Shown here piece by piece: positions 52,529-64,000 of a DNA stretch of 64,000 bases; within the stretch, counting starts at the first letter, position 1; the number at the start of each line of letters is the position of its first letter. This DNA is from Felis catus (Eukaryota). The notes beneath the pieces were generated by a model. It was not told where the DNA came from. It saw nothing but the letters and a program-made list of their open reading frames with translations, and searched no databases. Both the position numbers and the translations under genes were made by a program. Location of the stretch: positions 143,966,001 through 144,030,000 of the forward strand of contig NC_058368.1 of the NCBI RefSeq assembly GCF_018350175.1, read 5' to 3'.

Positions 52529-53185
52529 CTGTAAGCATAGTTTAGTGAATCCTCAACGCACAATGATAAGTGAAGCCTGCAGTGGATGAATTCATCTATG
52601 TGTAATGGCAGAGAACAGAAGAACTTAGAACTGGACTTAGGAGATCCATCATTTTGTGTTCTGGTCAAGGAGAAGTTCCACAAAGAAGACTTACAAGGAG
52701 CCTCTGGAAGAATGTTGTGTCGTGGAATCCAACGGAAGAGGTTTCAAAAAAGAGGAAGTGCCAGCTTTGCCCGATGCTGAGAAGCCAAGGAAGATGACAG
52801 AAAAACAGCTGACTAATTTAGTTTTATGGGTTAACTCTTGGCCTTAGCAAGAATAGTGGAGTAATTTGGGAGAATCCATTCTGAAGAAGGTTGAAGATAA
52901 ACAAAGGAGGTGAGGAAGTGAGTCAGCAAGAGCAGATATTCCTAAAGATGTGATGAGGAAAAGAAAGGGAGGGGTGGAGAGAAGGTTTTGTATTTGACTT
53001 TGCAGGTGAAGATTAAACACTGACAACGTAATCCTCAATAGGGTGCTCCAGTATGACTGAAAAGTCAGCCTTTATTCTAGAGTTACAGTAATCATGCAGA
53101 GCTTGCTCACATCCTTGCTGCTTGATAAAATATTATTGTGTTCTTGCAACAAGGGAGTTCTCAAAGGTACCATGGTTCAAACAGA

Positions 53186-53649
53186 GGGTAGCAGAAACTG
53201 CTATTTCCTCCCAATATCCATTCTTCCATTAGAATTTCCAGCTGGGCACAGGGCTCCCCAAATGAAGACAATCCCCATTCTTCCTTGCAATTGTATGTGG
53301 CCAGGAGAGTAAGTTCTAATCAATGGATACAAATAACAGTATCCTGTAACAGCTTCAGAGACCCTTCCTTAAGAAATGTCTTACATGCCCTTTGACCCAC
53401 AGTGTCTTTTTCCTTCTTCTTGCTGGAGCTAAAGAGCCATCTTGGACCATCAGGATAGAGGCCTCAGATGATAGAGTAAAAAACTAGAAGAATCCAAAGT
53501 CTGCACTCACTTCACAGAAGAGAGTTCCATGGCATTCCTACACTACTTGTATCTGGATGTTAAAGCAAAAGAAAAATAAGCATCTAGTTCAAGCCTCTGA
53601 TATTTTGAAGGCTACTGACATCCTTAGTCAACTCTAAATCTAACTGTAT
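53186..53649. mobile_element. MaLR LTR (MLT1-like)
   Basis: ggtagcagaaactgct…aatatccattcttcc…gccatcttggaccat…ctaactgtata are MLT1-type motifs. Confidence 0.65.
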
Positions 53650-54559
53650 ATAGAAGGACAGCAAGAAAAGCCCAGACTGTAACAGAAATGACAAACCATC
53701 ATTGAGATGAAAATAGGAGTCATTGAAGAAGATTCTATTTGGGAGAAATAACAGTGTTTATTTGAGACCAGGCATCCTGTCCAGGAGTCCTTGATGTTAA
53801 GAAGGAAATGGGCATGGAAATGACTGTAACAGAGAGAAATCCCACATGAGGAAATGTGGTCCTATATTATCCAGTCTCCTTGCATATCACTGGTCAATCA
53901 CAGCAGACAATTTTGCAAAAGCTTACTTCAAGAGGAAAAATGAGGCCGATGATGATTCCCTTTTCCTATTTAATGCATACTTTCATACTTTGTTAAAACC
54001 TATTTAACTGTGTATATATATTTTAACCTGTTTAACTGTACATATATATCTCTAATCTGCTTAAATATATATATATATATACACACACACATTATATGTA
54101 TGTATATATATATATATGTGCATAGAGTTTAATTTGTGTTGTAAGTCTGAGTCCATAATTCTACTGTTTACAAAAAACTTTTTTAATGTTTATTTATTTT
54201 TGAGAGAGAGAGGGCGAGAGAGACAGAGAGCAAGTGGGGGAGGGGCAGACAGAGAGGGAAACACAGAATCCAAAGTAGGCTCCAGGCTCTGAGCTGTCAG
54301 CACAGAGCCGGACGCAGGGCTCAAACCCATGAACTGAGAGATCACGACCTGAACCAAAGACGCAAGCCTAACTGACTGAGCCACCCAAGCACCCCTGCAT
54401 TGTTTTTTTTTTTTTAAATAGTATGCAGAAAAGATTCTTCTGGTTATTACTATTTCTTTTTCTTGATTTGAAGAAGTCAAAGAAATTTTATATAAAAAAT
54501 TCACTTTTGAACTAACTACTCAATCTGTTACCAAAAAAAAAAAAAAAAAAAAAAAGCCT

Positions 54560-55471
54560 GACAGAAACATCGTTATCTCTCATCATAAAGGACAAGATTT
54601 CCGTTCCATTTATGTGCTTTTTTTTTTTTTATCAAGGAATCACTATTATAAAATTACATACAATGGGCATGAATTTTATTCTACAACGCCAGGATAAAAG
54701 AAATATCACATTCCCATATTTCTTAAATAAAATGTAATCTGTTCTGAGGTTGGAGGGAAAATTCAACCAATCATTTTTGAAACTCCCTTTCCTGTTTTGG
54801 GGAGGTCCTGCACTAATCCTGGACTTCAGTATTGTCAAAACAGTGTGGTTGTGCTATTCTCGGTTCTCCATTGCTTAGCCCTCTTTGCCATTGCTCTCTT
54901 GCTTGCAAGATGCTGCTATACAGCCCTGGAGCCTGACTCTTGGGCATGAAATGTCAGGCAGGCTCAGAGATGCATCTCACAGGAAATTTCCCACTGACTT
55001 CAGGGTGTGCTTCTCATTGCCACATTCTGAGAGGGTCACTACAGGCCCTCAGGACGTGGTCTCTGCCACCCAGTGGTGGGTTACTTGTCTTATTTCCCGC
55101 TGAAGAAAGCTCGAGTTTTCCCAGTGTTTGCAAATGTGATCTCTTTTCTCAAATGTACATAGAGAAGATGATAACCCTAGTCAATTTTTCTCCTAATTAT
55201 GGCACAGGATTAAACTTATGTAACTCAGAAAGCACATTAACATTTCTTTTGAGCTTATTCTCAAAAAAATATTATTCAAGCAACTGACAAGGAGAATAAT
55301 TAATTTCACTTCTCTGATTTGAATTTCAGTTCTCTTTCTGTCTCCAGTTTACATGCTAAGTGGTAGTGGAATTGGATCATCAACAGTTGTTTCTTCTCTC
55401 TTTCGATTGCCTGAAATTGTTAATTCAATCTGAACACATTTTAGCTCTGGTGAGTTTCCTTATGTCAGCTT
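54560..55471 (-). pseudogene. Possible large decayed exon (hydrophilic, low-complexity-type peptide)
   Basis: Branch cactaat with acceptor ttttatatttag| at ~55472, followed by ~900 nt of unique GC-richer sequence. Stop density is not clearly below random. Confidence 0.3.
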
Positions 55472-55699
55472 CTAAATATAAAATTAGTGTGTGTACTAAT
55501 ATGATATGCCTATGTCTTCAAAATTTTTGCAGATGAATTCAGATGTGACTATCCTTATTTATATAAAAGCAACTAATAGTTTTAAAAATCTTTTATTGAT
55601 TTGTTTTTTGACTTAATAGAAAAAAGTAGAAATCTAACATTAGAATTAAAAAAAATCCTAATCTGATTTAAATTTAATTATGATTCCTTTGACCATTTA

Positions 55700-55917
55700 A
55701 AATTTTTTTTTCAACGTTTTTTATTTATTTTTGGGACAGAGAGAGACAGAGCATGAACGGGGGAGGGGCAGAGAGAGAGGGAGACACAGAATCGGAAACA
55801 GGCTCCAGGCTCCGAGCCATCAGCCCAGAGCCCGATGCGGGGCTCGAACCCATGGACCGTGAGATCGTGACCTGGCTGAAGTCGGACGCTTAACCGACTG
55901 TGCCACCCAGGCGCCCC
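55700..55917 (-). mobile_element. Young felid SINE
   Basis: CpG-intact body; TSD tcctttgaccattt at 55685 and 55918. Confidence 0.9.
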
Positions 55918-56039
55918 TCCTTTGACCATTTTAATATTTTTTTTTGTATTATGATTAAGGCAATAAGTATGACATGTGTTCATTATAGTGTTAAATATTG
56001 GGATGAACAATGGTGAAATGCTTAAGTTTGTTTACACAA

Positions 56040-57240
56040 AAAATCTAGAGAACTGGTGTAGTATCATACATACACATATACATACATATACATATATTTA
56101 ACTTACATATATTAACCCCCCTCCCCCCACCATTAGTCTCCTTTAGAGGATACAAGGGAGGCAACTCATTTTTCTGAAAACAGTAAAGTAAAAGGTCAAA
56201 TATTTAACTTTCCTTTCTATATGAACTATATTCTGGGAAAACTAAATAGCTGTTGAGGGAATTTTTATCTATTGGAATTTAGTTCCAATAATGAATAAAA
56301 AAGAAAAAATAGGATGTCACCATTTTGCAAACCCAAATGAAAGAGTGAATCCAAGTGGTGACTATCAATGGTTGCTAACATCATGGAAAGAGGCCAATAA
56401 GATATTATGTATCTGTTGAAAGTATATAAAACCACTTATGGGACGGCATTGCGAAAAAATTAAACCTGTACCAAACCAAACTTCCAGATGTAGCTATGAG
56501 CTTACAAGAAACACACAGGCAAGAGGAACATGTTAAAAGACACTGTGGGGAAAGACAAAGTCCAAATCCTGATAATTCCACAGGTCAAAAAACATGTTTT
56601 TTTTTCAAAAAATAAGGTGCAAGGAACAAAAAAGAGAGAACATTATTAGAAATCAATGTCAAAATGTTGACTTTAATTGGATTTTGATTCACACAATTTA
56701 AAAATTATAAAATTTATGAAATAATTAGAAATATGAACACCAGTGCCTAAATATTTGGGATTATTAGAGAATTATTGTTAAATCCTCAGGTGTGAAAATA
56801 ATATTATTATGTTTTTGCAAAGAGCAATTTTATTGTAGAAGTACATATTGAAATAATTATGGATGAAATGATATGACATATTATATATGCTTCAAAATAA
56901 TATGCATGGGTAAAGGTATACAGGAAACAAGTTTGTCCACATTGAAGTTAGATGGTGGTATTGGATATGAGGGAATTCATTGCATTATTATTTCTACTTT
57001 GTAAAGTACTCATCTTTTAAATACACAGGCAGAAAAATTTAGAGATGAAAAGATATGATAAATGAGTTTGCCTCCAAATTATCCAGCTGTGGGGGGAAGG
57101 GTAGGCTGGGTGAATGTACATCTTACGAAATAAGATGTGACCATGAGTTGTTGATACTGAAGCTGAGAGGGTTATTGTACTATTCTACTTTTACATGTGA
57201 TTGACATTTTCCATAATAAAAAAAATTAAAAGCAAAAAAA
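56040..57240 (+). mobile_element. Old L1MC/ME 3'UTR fragments
   Basis: Degenerate L1M 3' text ending tttccataataaaaaaaa. Confidence 0.6.
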
Positions 57241-57460
57241 AAATTCACTGTTACTCTGAGAAGCAATAGAGGTAAGTATTCATTTACAATGAAATGTGTT
57301 TACCTGGCATATCATAATAACTATGAGTACTGAGTAATTCAGGTGTGAAGGAAAAACACTTTAGGAAGCAATGCTGCCATAGATAGGCTCACTGAGGCAC
57401 GCAGTATATCATTCAGAATAGCCGCCTCCAAATGTGAGGCTTAAGCAAAGTTTATTTACC

Positions 57461-57815
57461 ATGTCAGGCTAAGCTATGCTGCAGTAACAAATCACCCCCA
57501 AAATCTCAGTGGTGTATAACTACAAAGTCTATTTCTTATTCTAGAAGTGTTCTGTTCACTGGAATCTCTCAAGCACTCAGACTGATAGAGTAGCCACAGT
57601 ATCAAGTCTTGCCTGTTGCTGTGCCTGAGGGACAGCAGGCTCTGGAATATCTTACATTGGTGAGTAAAAAAAATCCAGTGTGCAAAGACACGTGTTACTT
57701 CTCATAGTTCACTTGTCTGAACCAGTCACACGGCCCTATTCAACCACAAGGGGGCCCGGAAGTACAATGCCATCGTATGGCCAGAAGAGAGAATTGGAAT
57801 TATTTGGCAAAGAAT
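57461..57815 (+). mobile_element. MaLR LTR (MLT1-like)
   Basis: ggctaagctatgctgcagtaacaaatcacccccaaaatctcagtgg…acaaagtctatttc. Confidence 0.7.
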
Positions 57816-60814
57816 TCTGACTTCCTTGCTAAGAGCTCCTGGTCACTGTGTTGAAGCTGTATCATATGAGCCCTGCAAATAACTGTACCTTGTTGCCACC
57901 CCTAAGACAGTCTCCAGACAGAAGTGCTTATCCATCCTTTTGGGTTATTTCACTGTTAATGACCATAGTCATGGAATATATTGTATGCAGTATGCAATGT
58001 ATTGATTGCATAAGGACTATAAAGTAACTGGTTGACTCAATTATGAATTTAGCAATACTTCTTAAAAGTGTTCTATTTTCCTTTTGGATTATTAAAGCAA
58101 TACATTCTCATTGTAAAACACTTAGAAAACATAAAAAACTAGAAAGAGGGAAATCACCCATAATTTCACCTTCCAAAGATAATCACAGTTAATATTTTAG
58201 TGGATTTCCTTCCAAACTTTTTCTGTGCATTTTAAAAATTAGTTCTCATGGTCACCAAAACTATAGCCATTTCTTCATTAGTGGCATTGCTTCAGGTAGC
58301 TGATCTAAGTGGCCCTAAAGTAGATAATTTAAAACAAAATTAGCTCTTTTCCTTGTAACATGGGTGTCCTAACATGGTTAGATAGCATTAAATACTAATG
58401 ATTAACAGTTCCATGTCACTTTCTGTGTTTGGGAGCAATGAAATCCTAGTTCTAAAATTGCTTGTTAGTATAACACCAGCCATGAAACAAATGAATAATT
58501 GTAATTGTTATCTTCATTTGCTTCTGGTATCTTCTCCACCCAGACTACTAATGAAAAGGGAACAGCTTTGCAAGTTCATGTTACTGTGGAATTTAAGCCT
58601 CTTAAGATAATCAAGATTCTGACAACCTTCAAAATAATGAAAACTGTTTATGGTCCAAGTAAGAACTAGTTCAAGTCTAAAGAATAAGTTGGCCACATAT
58701 GTTACAATTGGGACGATTTTCTCAAGTCATAACTATTTAGTAATAAATTGGGATCTTTAGAGGTTAAATAATACATGGGAGTTTTTCAATAATTATTACT
58801 CAAACTTTGCAAGGTCTCTTTTTCATTAATATTTTACTTGACATTGCATTCAATGTGCAGATTTCTTCTTCATTTCTATCAGCAAAGGAAATCATAGGAA
58901 ATTTAATTGACAGGCTCCACAAACATCTTGTTGTTTTATGATATTGCAGCAACCTCTCAACTATTAATGTTTGTAAGTAAAAGAATGACACAGTGGATTG
59001 TGAACTTCTTAGGGCAAATTTCATGAATTCCCCATCTTTGTAATCCTTACAACTCCAAACCAAGTATAACGAACCACACAGAGGAAATGCCCATAAACAA
59101 ATAAATGTGATACAAAGTACAATTGCATTTGTATGAGAAAGGTATTCCAGTTTGGGGAGCTTTTTCCTTTCCTTATTGTTATTTCATATAAATGTTTGTA
59201 TTCTGGAATATCTCCTTATAATTTCCAGAAAGGAGATTATTAATTTAGGTCATGCGAAAATTTCTTGTTATGATTTGACAAATAACTTTCCAAAATCTTT
59301 GTCCTAATTTAGATCCCCAACAGGATGAGTGTTCATTTCACTCTACCCTCACCAATGGAGTTAATTCGCATTTTAAACAAATTGGCTAATTAGATCCACT
59401 GGAAATAATATCTCATTTGTCTTCATTTCATTATTGAGTTTGAACATTAGTAAAACATGTACTAGGCACTTATGAATTTATTTTGTGAATTGACCATTCA
59501 TGTATACAGTTTTCCTATTTATCTGTAAGGTCTTAGTGTTTCTATTTGTATTCTTTGTCCTCACGCTATATATAAAGATAGAGATAGAGATAGAGATAGA
59601 GATATATAGATATGTTATACTATATGAATATTTCTATATAAATATTTCTATCTCAAATACTTGTATCCACGAGTCTCTGCTATTAGATGGTGGTTCCATA
59701 AGGGTAATGACCCTTTTATCTGTAAACAACATTTAACGCATAGTAGAGAAATATGCATACAGTACTTTGTAGAACTACTTAGGATTAAGTGAGATAATGT
59801 AAGCAAAGCATTTAATGCAACGTTTGTCACATGGTAGATGCTCAATAAATTATCAAAATTATCAAGTATCAAAAAAAGTTTTACTGTTGGACTAAAACAA
59901 CACAATTTCATTTCAGGTTTAGTAAAATCAGAGAAAGAAAATAGAGATTCAGTACTTTTGAAAGAGCACAACCTATTGTTTGTTGCAAACTGCAGATTTA
60001 GAATTTGAACCGATTCTCAAATCTTTCACCATAAATCACATCTGATTGAAATACCCCTAACGTACTACATACAACTCTTGAAATTTTTGAAAGACCAGTA
60101 TGAATTACCGGTAAAACTTTTTGGCAACAGATGGGATTCTTCTCCCCATACCCATGATCTCCTTTTCCCTCACTTAAATTTATAGGAAACTTGTGGTAAA
60201 AATAGTAAAGCTCAACAAGCACAAACATACATCACATGAGGAGCATTTATTTCTCCAGTTGGTTAGCTTTTGTTCTTAGACGCGGGGAGGCAGCTGTTCT
60301 CGTGGTCACTGTTAGAAAAGCAGAACTAAAGCAATGAGAGGGAAGGCCAGCAGCCTTGGGAGCAGGCAGTCAGCTGGAGGGCTTGAAGCTGGGGGATAGG
60401 TGGGAGCTTTTCTGTTGCCGCCGAGAGAAAAACGGGGGTGGACAACACCAGCGTTAAGTCACAAGGCTTTCCGGGAGGACAGCGGAGCGGGGAGCAGGAC
60501 TGGTTAGCTGCCTGGCAGGCGGGCGTGTCCAGTACAGGCCGGTGCACCGCGCCGGCTCCGCTGAGGCTGTAGGGTGGGGGCGGGGGAAGCTGCGTATAGG
60601 TCAACCAAGGGCAAAGGAAGCCTGACACTGACGCAGGTGGCCTCCCGATTCCGGCTCCCAGGCGTCTAGGGGGAAACTCAGTCCCCGTTTAATGCGGGTC
60701 TTCAAGCTGCCTCATCACCGCACAACCTTCTCAGGCACTTCCGGTAAGAATCCCGGCACCCTCGGCTCAGACCCCGCAGAGCCTCGCGCAGGCGCCTCGG
60801 GACCTGGCGGAGGC

Positions 60815-60852
60815 CGCGGACTCGGAGGGAGGGAGTGTGTGTATGTGTGTGA

Positions 60853-60883
<31 letters not shown>

Positions 60884-60935
60884 CGCGGACTCGGAGGAAG
60901 GGAGTGTGTGTGCGTGCGTGTGTGCGTGCGTGTGT
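60815..60935 (+). repeat. Two-unit tandem duplication (cgcggactcggagg(g/a)agggag plus (TG/CG)n) in the CpG island
   Basis: Units start at 60815 and 60884. Confidence 0.9.
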
Positions 60936-61050
60936 CGACGGAAAACCTCTTCTGCGCCTGCGCTGTCTGCTCCTCCCCGCCCACCCCCTCCCCCCCCCCC
61001 AACAGGTCCGGGGGAAAACAAACCCTGAGCCGACGTAGCTCACCCCCGGG

Positions 61051-61131
61051 ACTCCCGGCCGGGGTCGCTCTTCACTCCTCTGCGCCTCGTCGCATCGAGT
61101 CCTCAGAGAGCTCCTCAGGGTTGTGGGGGAG
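61051..61131 (+). other. ZFYVE16: Non-coding first exon (5'UTR) of probable ZFYVE16; intron 1 runs past the window end
   Basis: Ends in a strong donor GAG|GTAAGA (GT at 61132-61133). The sequence actcccggccggggtcgctcttcactcctc…ggttgtgggggag resembles the human ZFYVE16 mRNA 5' end as I recall it. The start coordinate is approximate. Confidence 0.7.
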
Positions 61132-62377
61132 GTAAGAGCCCCCCAGTAACTGGCCTCTTGGCCCTCCCCTCACCCCTGCTGCACTCGCGGAGGGGGCGGG
61201 GTGCCCGCTGGATCGGCCGACCTGAGTGCCGGGTCTGGCCCTCCTTTTCCTCCAAGGGTCGAGTCTAGGCCCCCGGCTTGTTCTCTTTCCGAGCTCCTTG
61301 AGTTGGCCAGGGAATCACGACCCTCAAACCTCGTGTCCCTTCGGTAGAGCCTGGCCGGCTGGACCAGGCAGGGAGGGCAATCTCGGCGGCTTTTTGCCGG
61401 GTCCCACCCACCCGGGCCGTCCGGAGTACTCGGGGCTGCGGTGGGAGCGGCCCGGGGGGCCGCGGCTGGGGCTGGGAGAAGTGCCCCCCGGGCTGCCTGG
61501 CCCACCATGGGAGGGGCTGTGCCTGCTAGAGGGGACTGTGGTTCCCGCGGAGAAGTAGCCTGTGCGCTAGGAGGACTCCAGCAGAAGAATCTGTCATCGC
61601 CGCCTGTGCTCTTTCGCAAACCCCATTCTCGCACCGATGCATTTTCTCATCGTTTTAGATCTGAAGGATGCGATAGTGTTCCTTTCCTCTACCTTTTCTT
61701 TGGTACCTCTGAAAAATCCTAAAAGATGGCCTAACTTTGAAACTATTAACTTACTTGTTCTACCGTGATTACAAATTATTCTAGACTGAGTGTTCTTACT
61801 AGCTTGACTCGTGTGGAAACCATCCCATATATTTGATAAGTTCATCTTTTTCATTTAACAAAATAAGGCAATTTGTTGGTTGAATTAGGTTCCTTAATTT
61901 ATTAGAACTTGTTCCTTCTGCATTGGCAAGAGTGCAATGGTTTGATCCAGTAAAACTGTAATTTTTCACCCACTTTCTCCCCTTTTTTTCTCCCATGGAT
62001 GTTAAACTGCACACTTAGTGTCACAAAAAATCTTAACTAAAATAAAGATAAGAAAAAATAAGCCATAATTCAGCCATTTAAAGTGAATCAACCGCAGTTA
62101 ATATTTTGACTTTTAATCTCCCAGGGTTTTTTCTCATGGCAGTTTCTTAATTAAGATGATGAGATGTTATATACAGTTGGATTGCCTGCTTTTTTTTTTT
62201 GCTTAAAATTTTTAAAGTATTTCCTCCAGTTTTTAAAAAGCTTCATGAGTATCTTTATGATGTTTGATTACACAAGTAATACATGAGTGAACTATCTTTT
62301 GAAATATTGCAGTTAAAGCTCAGTTCCCATTTAATTATCACCCAAATTGTAATATTGTTAGGTAATATGATGGTATC

Positions 62378-62820
62378 ACAGTTTTTTTAACCCAGTGGGT
62401 TTCAGGATCCCTTTACAAACTTAAAGGTGACTGAGGACTAAAAGATTTTTTGTTCTTTAATGCAGTATTTTGCTATTTTAGAAATTAAAATTCAGAAAAT
62501 ATTTAAAAATTGTGCATTAAAAACCCTTTATATATTGAATTAAAGAGTATTTTTGAAAAATATATTTTTCTTAAAAAAATGTAGTGGGAAGGGTGGCATT
62601 GTTTTATATTTTTGTGGATCACTAATGTCTGGCTTTATAGAAGACAGCTGGATTCTCAGATTTGCTTGTCTCTTCACTCTTACGTGCTATCTTGTACACT
62701 AAAGCATATTAAGAAAGTCCAGACTTGCATAGATAGGTGTTTGGAAAAGGAAGGACCTCACAGATCCCCTGAAAAGTTCTAGAGTTTTCCAGGGGTCCTT
62801 AGACCAGTTTGAGAAAGGTG
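62378..62820. mobile_element. hAT-Charlie DNA transposon relic (MER119/MER106-like)
   Basis: caggatccctttaca…cttaaa…gaggac; gtggcattgttttat; ends ggtccttagaccagtttgagaa. Confidence 0.6.
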
Positions 62821-63254
62821 ATTTGACTATTCTTATGTTGATGAGCTGTTAGGTTCTTTGAAATTTTGCACTATTACAAACATTGCAGCATTCAAATTTC
62901 TTTGTGATGTGTTCCTGCACACAAGTGCTAATGTTTTTCTAGAAGTAGAATTACTTTTGATGCCTGCATAATTTTCTAATGTTGGTGTTTAGATGGTTTC
63001 AATTAATGATTTGGTAGAATATCTTTGCATATTTTCAGTTGCTTTGGATTATTTTAAATTTTTAAAAAGAATTGTTACATCAATTCTTAGGAAATTTTAT
63101 TTGTTAATTGTTAGGAAACTTTTTGAGGCTATTGATACATATTATCACATTGTTTTTCTGAGAGGGTATTCTGGTTTACTTCTTGTCATCAGTATTGGAG
63201 ATGCTTGTTTTGTCACACCATTACCAACACTTTTATCATTATTATTATTTTAAT

Positions 63255-64000
63255 AAGTTTTTTAAGTTTATTTTTTTTAGAGAGAGAGAGAGGGTGTGAG
63301 CAAGCATGGTGGAAGGGCAGAGAGAGAGAGAGAGAGAAAGGGAGAGGAAGAATCCCAAGCAAGCTCTGCACCATTAGCACAGAGCCTGACACAGAGCTGA
63401 GACTCACGAACTGCAAGAGCATGACCTAAGCTGAAATCAAGAGTGGGATGCTTAACCAACTGAACCACCCAGGCACCCCCGATCCCTTATATTATTAAAA
63501 GAAATTATGAGGCTCTGGATCTTGGGGTCGTGAGTTGGAGCCTCATGTTGGGTGTAGAGATCACTAAGAAAAAATTGTGTTCTGATTTAGTAGGCAACAA
63601 ATGATATATGTTATAATTCAGATTATTTTGATAGTACAGATTGTGCTTTGAATATTTTTTCATAATCTTAGTAGGTCATATTATTTGCCCATTTATAATC
63701 CAGTGTCAATGTGTTGTTTTCTAAAGGTTTTTTAAAAAGTTTATTTATTTATTTTGAGAGAGAGAGCTGGGGAGGAGCAGAAAGAGAGGGAGAGAGAATC
63801 CCAAGCAGGCTCTGCACTGTCAGTGTGAGCCTGACCAGGGACTTGAACCCATGAACCTTGATATCATGATCTGAGCCAAAATCAAGAGTTGATGCTCAAC
63901 TGATAGAGCCACCACATGCCCCCTAAAAGATTTTTAGAAATATATTTATTTATTTTTTCAGAGAGCGCAAGTGGGGGAGGGGCAGAGAGCAAGGGACAGA
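63255..64000 (-). mobile_element. CanSINE cluster in probable ZFYVE16 intron 1
   Basis: SINE bodies at 63255-63480, 63727-63924 and 63945 to the window end. Confidence 0.85.

Larger units (their letters stand above)
14729..59200 (-). pseudogene. Candidate decayed multi-exon gene (unitary pseudogene) with RGS22/RGSL1-like motifs; outer limits uncertain
   Basis: More than 10 minus-strand exon-like blocks in unique DNA, many with polypyrimidine-AG acceptors and/or GTRAG-type donors. Several junctions are phase-compatible, there are in-frame stops and indels, and RGS22/RGSL1-like motifs occur (see the individual exons). Confidence 0.6.
60280..61680. promoter_or_regulatory. ZFYVE16: CpG island promoter (probably ZFYVE16; possibly bidirectional)
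   Basis: Abrupt GC- and CpG-rich block in otherwise CpG-depleted DNA, with GC boxes (ggggcggg ~60577 and ~61193) and an ETS motif CACTTCCGG at 60736-60744. The gene name is inferred from the recalled SERINC5-SPZ1-ZFYVE16 order. Confidence 0.85.

Noticed and set aside
53700..53965. Match to the RGS22 'D..L..F..FL.LP' N-terminal motif
   Set aside because: Splice-like signals are present, but the peptide match needs several ad hoc indels, so it is not supportable without an alignment.
60109..60155. Minus-strand ATG mini-exon (MGMGRRIPSVAKKFY|gtaatt) as first coding exon of the relic gene
   Set aside because: Position is suggestive, but it is too short to distinguish from chance.
60326..61722. 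Overlapping 60-154 aa ORFs in the CpG island
   Set aside because: Expected stop-poor frames in GC-rich and microsatellite DNA, with no recognisable protein.
855..63468. Dozens of 60-115 aa ORFs of the type MAQSVKRPTSAQVMIS…/…EPGACFRFCVSLSL
   Set aside because: These are translations of CanSINE copies, not genes.

Overview
This is repeat-dense felid (cat-like) genomic DNA, packed with carnivore tRNA-derived SINEs (CanSINE/SINEC), L1 fragments, and old LTR and DNA-transposon relics. The only intact protein-coding region is the single-coding-exon testis gene SPZ1 (+, ATG at 17586, stop at 18701). A CpG island at ~60.3-61.7 kb holds a non-coding first exon that I assign to ZFYVE16 from recalled synteny and recalled 5'UTR similarity. 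The main unexplained signal lies in the unique AT-rich DNA between repeats. It holds a long series of minus-strand exon-like blocks with canonical splice signals, several phase-compatible junctions, scattered stops and frameshifts, and peptide motifs resembling RGS22/RGSL1-type multi-RGS proteins. I read this as a decayed multi-exon gene (candidate unitary pseudogene) running away from the CpG island, possibly with SPZ1 nested antisense in one of its introns. Other notable structures are an L1 3' transduction, a locally templated inverted duplication inside an L1, a 62-bp young L1 insertion with a perfect TSD, a 70-bp near-perfect palindrome and a SINE with an internal 22-bp array. Homology and repeat-family calls come from memory of the families, not from database searches, and repeat boundaries are approximate.
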